Source: Hyalangium minutum
GTDB lineage: Bacteria; Myxococcota; Myxococcia; Myxococcales; Myxococcaceae
Direction: 5' to 3'
Length of the DNA stretch: 64,000 nucleotides
Assembly: GCF_000737315.1 (NCBI RefSeq)
Contig: NZ_JMCB01000009.1
Location: 264,373 to 328,372 of the forward strand
Below the pieces are notes generated by a model, which did no database searches, was not told where the DNA came from, and saw only the letters and a list, made by a program, of their open reading frames with translations. Shown piece by piece: positions 59,209 to 64,000 of this stretch. The position numbers and the translations under genes are program-made. Each line of letters opens with the position of its first letter. The stretch's first letter is position 1.

Positions 59209-59524
59209 AGGCGTGCGAGATTGCGACAAGCAGCTGCGGCCCTCGGCCAAGAAGTATCCGGATGTCACGGTGGCCTCCCCTCCCAAGCTTTGCTTCAGGC
59301 AAACTCAGTCCGGCGATGCCGACCAGCAACTGCGGAGGGGATACCTCCGTGCGTATGGCTGCTCGTCAATTGTGCCAGTCACATTCCGCTGCTACCTCAT
59401 CTCGTTCCTTGAAGTGGCGAGAGGAAGGGCTAGAACGACGTGGGCAGAGCCTCGCGGTATTTCTCCGACGCTATACTCCTCGAGTGGCAGAGCGTCGCTG
59501 ACACCGTCAGGTGAAGCTCTGCCC

Positions 59525-60466
59525 ATGAGCGATTACCGGGTTCGTAGTGGCGACACGTTGAGCAAGATCGCCCGTCAGAACAAGACGTCCGTGGATGCCC
59601 TGATCCAGGCCAACAACATCCGCGATCCGAACAGGATCCACGCGGGGCAGTCCCTGGAGATTCCTGGAGGGCCGCTCCCTTCAGAGGCGCCCCAGGCTCG
59701 TGTTGGGGCGGGACCGGCTGGCTCGGCGGTGGCGGCCGAGTTGCAGCGGGACTTCTTCACCCCCGCCGAGGCCTCGCGCATCGAGGGTGACACTCGCGTC
59801 TGGGCCGACCCCGCCAACCCTAGCCAGACCTTCCCCAGCCGGGACGGGGTGCCGCTGTTCAGTCAGGGGGATGAGGCCTGGGGAACGCGCAGGCTGGGCG
59901 GAGAGGGGAACGTCCGTGCCGGGAGCCGCGGCAGCATCCAAGCCCAGGGCTGCGCCATCACCGCGAGCGCCATGGCGCTCAGCGCGTTGAGCGGCCGCAC
60001 CATCACTCCACGGGAGATGGACGCCTACCTTGATGAAAACAAGGGCTACAGCGGGAACGCCGTGAAGTTCAGCCAAGTGGGCGGCATCACGGGAGGACAG
60101 CCCCCCATCACCGCCCAGCGCAAGCGGGGCACCCTCACCGCTGACGGCATCGACCAGCAGCTCGACGCGGGCCGCCCGGTTCTCATCGGGGTGAACTGGC
60201 GCACCGACGACGTGAAGACGCCCGACCACTGGCTCACGGTCACGGGCCGAAACGTGGATGGCAGCTATCGGGCCAACGACCCGAACGGTGGCAGGGAGAT
60301 CACCCTACGCCAGCAAGGCAATGCGCTGGTTTCGACCCAGGCCGATGGCGCGCCCCATGACTACCGCTTCAGCGGTCAGGGCGTGACGTTCTCGGGGGGC
60401 ACGCCGCTGAGCCCGCGAGGCAACGGCCAGGACGTGTTCGTGGACTCCCCCGATCCGCGTGGCTAG
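59525..60466 (+). CDS. LysM domain plus C39-like cysteine peptidase
   Basis: YRVRSGDTLSKIA...NNIRDPNRIHAGQSLEIP (LysM); FSQGD..W, GCAITASAM, RPVLIGV, DHWLTVTG, NDP. Confidence 0.82.
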   Translation: MSDYRVRSGDTLSKIARQNKTSVDALIQANNIRDPNRIHAGQSLEIPGGPLPSEAPQARVGAGPAGSAVAAELQRDFFTPAEASRIEGDTRVWADPANPSQTFPSRDGVPLFSQGDEAWGTRRLGGEGNVRAGSRGSIQAQGCAITASAMALSALSGRTITPREMDAYLDENKGYSGNAVKFSQVGGITGGQPPITAQRKRGTLTADGIDQQLDAGRPVLIGVNWRTDDVKTPDHWLTVTGRNVDGSYRANDPNGGREITLRQQGNALVSTQADGAPHDYRFSGQGVTFSGGTPLSPRGNGQDVFVDSPDPRG

Positions 60467-61589
60467 GCCGGGCAGACGCAGACTGCGCAGCGTGCCCAGG
60501 CTGGGGAAGCACCGCCTTGACTGGCCCAAGCTCCGGTGCGGTGAGGAAGGACTCATCCGTCAACGCCTCCAGGAAGGCGAGGATGGCAGCCTTCTCGCCC
60601 TCCTCCAGCGAGAGCCCAGGCGGTGCAGCGTTGCGGCGGAAGGCCGCGTCCAGCGTAGCGGAGGGCACCATGCCGTGCCGGTAGTGCTCCAGAACTTGCT
60701 CCAGCGTGGCGAAACGCCCGTCATGCATGTACGGCGCGGTGACAGCCACGTTGCGCAGGGTGGGAGTCTTGTAGAGCCCGTCATCCTCAGGCAGCAGGGT
60801 GATGCGGCCTCGCCCACGCGTGGGCTCCTCGTCCTGGCCGAAGTGGCTGTCCAGACCGTTGTTATGAAAGCCGTTGTCGGTGAAGAGTTCCGAGCCGTGG
60901 CAGGGCCCACACCGCTTGCGCACAAGCTCCAGCCCCTCCAGTTCCTGAGGGCTCAACGCGCCACCGGGCTCACCTCGCAGCCACCGATCATACCGGGAGT
61001 CCGCAGAGACCAGCGTCCGCTCATATTGCGCGAGCGCCCGCAGCAAGTGGCTCAGCGAGAGCCCTCCGGGCCCATAGGCCGCCTCGAAGAGGCGCACGGC
61101 CTCGGGCGTGGCGGACAAGCGTGCCAGAAGCGCCTCGAGATCCACCGACCCCAGCTCGTCCGGATGCGTGAGGGGAGCCAGGGAGAGGGACTCGAGGTTC
61201 TTGGCACCACCGTCCCAGAAGAGCCCCTCCATCCACGCCAGGTTGATGAGCGCGGGGGTGTGGCGCGAAAGGGGGCGTCCACTCACGCCGCGCGGAGTGA
61301 GCGGGGTGTCATCCGCAAAGGCGTGCGCCTGCAAGTGGCAGGAGGAGCAAGAGTGCTGCTGAGAGCTGGACAGCAGCGGCGAGTGAAACAACCAGCGTCC
61401 CAGGGCCACCCCTTCGGTGCTCAGGGGATTGTCCGGGGGCGAGGGCAAGGATGTGAAGCCCTTGGGGAGCGCACGCGCGGCGGGCGCTCCGGGCTCTGGC
61501 ACGCTCGGCGCTGGCGGTGGGCCGCAAGCCTCCAGCAGCACGAGCACAAGGAGGACTACCCCTGCTCGCCAGAGCCCGGGAGCGCTCAC
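60369..61589 (-). CDS. di-heme cytochrome c peroxidase, MbnH/MauG family
   Basis: PPDNPL..GVALGRWLF, CSSCH, FWDG, CGPCH, FHNNGL, KTPTLRNVAVTAPYMHDG. GTGA coupling to the upstream gene. The ORF overruns into the convergent gene. Confidence 0.88.
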   Translation of the reverse strand: MSAPGLWRAGVVLLVLVLLEACGPPPAPSVPEPGAPAARALPKGFTSLPSPPDNPLSTEGVALGRWLFHSPLLSSSQQHSCSSCHLQAHAFADDTPLTPRGVSGRPLSRHTPALINLAWMEGLFWDGGAKNLESLSLAPLTHPDELGSVDLEALLARLSATPEAVRLFEAAYGPGGLSLSHLLRALAQYERTLVSADSRYDRWLRGEPGGALSPQELEGLELVRKRCGPCHGSELFTDNGFHNNGLDSHFGQDEEPTRGRGRITLLPEDDGLYKTPTLRNVAVTAPYMHDGRFATLEQVLEHYRHGMVPSATLDAAFRRNAAPPGLSLEEGEKAAILAFLEALTDESFLTAPELGPVKAVLPQPGHAAQSASARPSHADRGSPRTRPGRCLAGSAACPPRTSRPDR

Positions 61590-62686
61590 CGGCTGGGGTT
61601 CTCCACGGACACCAGCGAGAACATGCTCGAATAGCTGTCGGACAGCGTGGCGCGCTCCGCGGTGTGGCTGGCACTGATGGTGGGCGTGGTGCGAGGGCTC
61701 AGCGCGGCGAAGAGCGCGCTGACGTCTGCGCGGAGGTTGACGTGGAGGCGCTTCTGGGAGTTCACGGTGATGGGAGCCGGGAAGGACTTCTGCACCGTCC
61801 GGTAGTTCGCGTTGCTACCCGTCTCCCAAGCGAAGCTGTCGGTGGCACCGTCCGCCTTGAGGTACCTACCCTGCGTCTTGGTGAAGATGTAGCTGGTGAA
61901 CCACATCCAACTGATGGAGGTCATGTTCTTGAGCACATGCAGTTCACCGGCCTGGCGGCTGAGGTCATCATTGTAGGTAGGGTCAACGCCGACGCTGAAG
62001 AGGATGCCCGTGTAAACGCCCGCAGGCACGGCAGACACTTGAACACGCTCGCGGCGGTTGGCCGGCAGCGTCTCGGATTCGTTCGTTCCCTCGACCGCCT
62101 GCTCCTTGAGGACTTCCATCAGGTAGTAGCTGCCCGGCAGTGGCACCTGGCTGCCATCCTGCTTGACCAGGCGGATGTTGGATAGCCAGTACCGCAGCTC
62201 CGTGAAGGTAATCGTGTCGCCACCCGCAGTGAAGTAGGAGCGATCCAGCTCGAAGGGCTCAGGGCCGAAGGCCAGCGCGGCGTAGAGTTCCAAGGACCCG
62301 TCGGTGGCGGCCAGCCGAGCGGTGAGTCCCTGCAGCTCAGAGCGCGCTGACTCCAACTGGACAAGGACTCCTTGCCAGTCCTGGGACTCCAGCAGCCTGC
62401 GGGCTTCATCGAGCTGCTGCCGCAGCGTGTTCACCTGCGCGATCAACTGCGCCTGGGTGTTCTGAGCGTCCTCGTGCTCCTGCTGCCACTGGAGAATCTG
62501 GCCCTCGAGGCGAGTGACCTCGGACTCCAGGTCCGTCACTTGCTGCTCAAGGGCCTTTTGCTCCTCGGGGGAGAGCGTTCCCTGGCGAGGGGAGTCCTCG
62601 CCGCACGCAGCGAGGAGGATGCACGAGATGAGGGCGAGGCCCAGCGCTCGCCCCAGGGAAACGGAAGAGAAAAGAGAAGTTTTCAT
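61586..62686 (-). CDS. MbnP-family protein with N-terminal coiled coil, lipoprotein
   Basis: Lipobox LAAC, about 85-aa heptad region, then ITFTELRYWLSNIRL, GILFSVGVD and SWMWFTSYIFTK (WxW motif). Coupled to the MbnH-like gene. Confidence 0.78.
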   Translation of the reverse strand: MKTSLFSSVSLGRALGLALISCILLAACGEDSPRQGTLSPEEQKALEQQVTDLESEVTRLEGQILQWQQEHEDAQNTQAQLIAQVNTLRQQLDEARRLLESQDWQGVLVQLESARSELQGLTARLAATDGSLELYAALAFGPEPFELDRSYFTAGGDTITFTELRYWLSNIRLVKQDGSQVPLPGSYYLMEVLKEQAVEGTNESETLPANRRERVQVSAVPAGVYTGILFSVGVDPTYNDDLSRQAGELHVLKNMTSISWMWFTSYIFTKTQGRYLKADGATDSFAWETGSNANYRTVQKSFPAPITVNSQKRLHVNLRADVSALFAALSPRTTPTISASHTAERATLSDSYSSMFSLVSVENPSR

Positions 62687-62833
62687 TGCGCGTGCACTCT
62701 GCCGAAACCGAACGCGCGAGGCAGTGCGGCATCTTGCCGCGCGGCTGTTCGCCGCAGCGTGGGGAGGGTGGACGCCTCCTACCCCCAGTGTAGGGGAGTC
62801 TGTTAGCGTGCCTACCCAGGAGGTCACGTCGCC

Positions 62834-63703
62834 TTGTTTCAATCTACGTCCCTTGCCGTTGCGCTCGTTCTCCTGACGGGAACAGTCGCGCGAGCCCAGG
62901 CCACCGCACGCGAGCCGAGACACCGCACCGTCACCGTGACCGGCAACCCATCCGAGCCCCCTCCCGAGGTTCACGTCTCCGCCGAAACACCCACGGTGTT
63001 CCTGTTCGGCGCGGAGCTCCGCAAGAAGTCTGTGCGGGTGGACGAGGCGCGGATCCGCGTGGTGGACACGGGCGAGCAGTCGCGGACAATCGTCGTCCAA
63101 GCGGTGAGTCCTCCAAGTCATGGCGAGCGCCACGAGCTCGAAGTCGAGTTCGCGGACGGGAAGGCACCCTCGCGGGCCGTCTTCGCGCTCGTGGTGCACC
63201 CGGCCAATGTGGACACATTGATCAGCGTCGCGCGCCAAGAGCCAGCCGCCCCAGCTTGCCTCGCAGAAGTCCGCGAGGGAGTGAGAGGGCCGGAAGACTT
63301 CCTCTTGCTGGGCTACATGGGCGAGAGCGGCGTTCCCACCGCCAAGGTTGGCCCCGCCAAAGACGCCGCGCAGGGCTTGGAATCCGCGAAAGGGGTGGCC
63401 TACCGCGGCAAGGGGTGGCTCATGGTCCAAGTGAGGCTCCGCAACCAGCGAGGCCCGCAGCCGTGGGTGCCGACGGAGGCAACGCTCACGAGCAAGACAG
63501 GCGAGAAGCTGCGGGGCCGCGTGGTGCTTGAGGAACAGGGAGAGCCAGAACCCGGCAAAGCTGTGCGGGTGCTCGTGGTGACGGAGGAGCCACCCGCAGG
63601 CGTGGGCCTCTTCTTCATCCTGGAACTGAGCGGTGCCGATGGTCGGACGCTTGCGATCCCCGAGGTGAAAATTCCGGCGCCCGCGAAGGAGCCCAAGCCA
63701 TGA
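62834..63703 (+). CDS. DUF2381 family protein
   Basis: Signal peptide, PEVHVSAETPTVFLF, VEFADGKAP.RAVF.LV.HP, AYRG..W, PW.P.EA.L. Typical partner of myxobacterial kinases. Confidence 0.82.
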   Translation: MFQSTSLAVALVLLTGTVARAQATAREPRHRTVTVTGNPSEPPPEVHVSAETPTVFLFGAELRKKSVRVDEARIRVVDTGEQSRTIVVQAVSPPSHGERHELEVEFADGKAPSRAVFALVVHPANVDTLISVARQEPAAPACLAEVREGVRGPEDFLLLGYMGESGVPTAKVGPAKDAAQGLESAKGVAYRGKGWLMVQVRLRNQRGPQPWVPTEATLTSKTGEKLRGRVVLEEQGEPEPGKAVRVLVVTEEPPAGVGLFFILELSGADGRTLAIPEVKIPAPAKEPKP

Positions 63704-63999
63704 CTGCGCCAGTCGTGGGGCTGCCCCCCGGTGCCGTGATCGACGGCTTCAAGGTGCTCAAGGCGCTGGGGGATGGCGGCTTTGCGTTCGTGTACCTCGT
63801 GGAGAAGGACGGCCAGCTGTACGCGCTCAAGCTGGCGCGGCACCGCCAGGCGAGCGGCGACGACAGGAGGACGCATGCGCGCACGCTGCGCGAGTTGGGG
63901 ATCCGTATCAGTTCGCCGATCCCCGTAGAGGGCAGGCGGTCGAGCAGGGCTGCTGGCCAGGGGCGAGCGAGCGTCAGTCGTAGCCTTGAGGAAGAGTGA
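63700..63999 (+). pseudogene. truncated Ser/Thr protein kinase (subdomains I-III only)
   Basis: LGDGGFAFVY (Gly loop), YALK (VAIK Lys), RELGI (alphaC Glu). Kinase similarity then stops abruptly and a stop codon follows at 63997-63999. Confidence 0.75.
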
Positions 64000-64000
64000 C
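63905..64000. mobile_element. possible left end of an insertion sequence (IS66-like terminal pattern)
   Basis: Kinase similarity ends exactly at GTATCAGTTCGCCGATCCCC. IS66 ends typically begin GTA. No transposase is visible within the window. Confidence 0.3.

Noticed and set aside
59290-59524. GGCAAAC plus hairpin upstream of the LysM gene, resembling a c-di-GMP-I riboswitch start
   Set aside because: The downstream GACGCAAAG/P2 elements are missing. Only an Infernal/Rfam scan could rescue it.
1138-63999. Many long alternative-frame and antisense ORFs (e.g. 1606-3408+, 29523-31820+, 42512-44479+, 48191-49381 extension, 49355-51550-)
   Set aside because: These are shadow ORFs expected in high-GC DNA. 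They overlap genes with clear motifs and carry no recognisable domains.

Overview
GC-rich myxobacterial (Myxococcales) chromosomal segment. The conserved core contains hemB, an ABC-2 exporter operon, a serA-like dehydrogenase, a class II photolyase and the complete Frz chemosensory locus (frzF-G-E-CD-B-A divergent from frzZ). That locus is followed by a radical SAM gene, ald, rpoE1 with its anti-sigma factor, frzS, coaX, birA, hom and udk. Two accessory blocks stand out. (1) About 10.1-18.9 kb: a 2072-aa lipoprotein with full teneurin-like architecture (Ig, carboxypeptidase-like/FN-plug, six NHL repeats, YD shell, RHS core). It carries a low-GC C-terminal tip I cannot assign and has no downstream immunity gene. 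Immediately upstream is a cadherin/Ig-repeat adhesin lipoprotein. (2) About 57.8-64 kb: a Cys-rich mini-lipoprotein, a polysaccharide deacetylase, a LysM-C39-like peptidase, a coupled MbnP/MbnH-like pair, DUF2381, and a Ser/Thr kinase cut off after about 68 codons, probably by an insertion element at the window edge. Other oddities are a fused double D-Ala-D-Ala-ligase-like ATP-grasp, a MetX-like protein lacking its nucleophile Ser, and a HARE-HTH protein with a degenerate Mrr-like domain. I found no rRNA, tRNA or CRISPR array. All assignments come from motif recognition by eye; no database searches were run.
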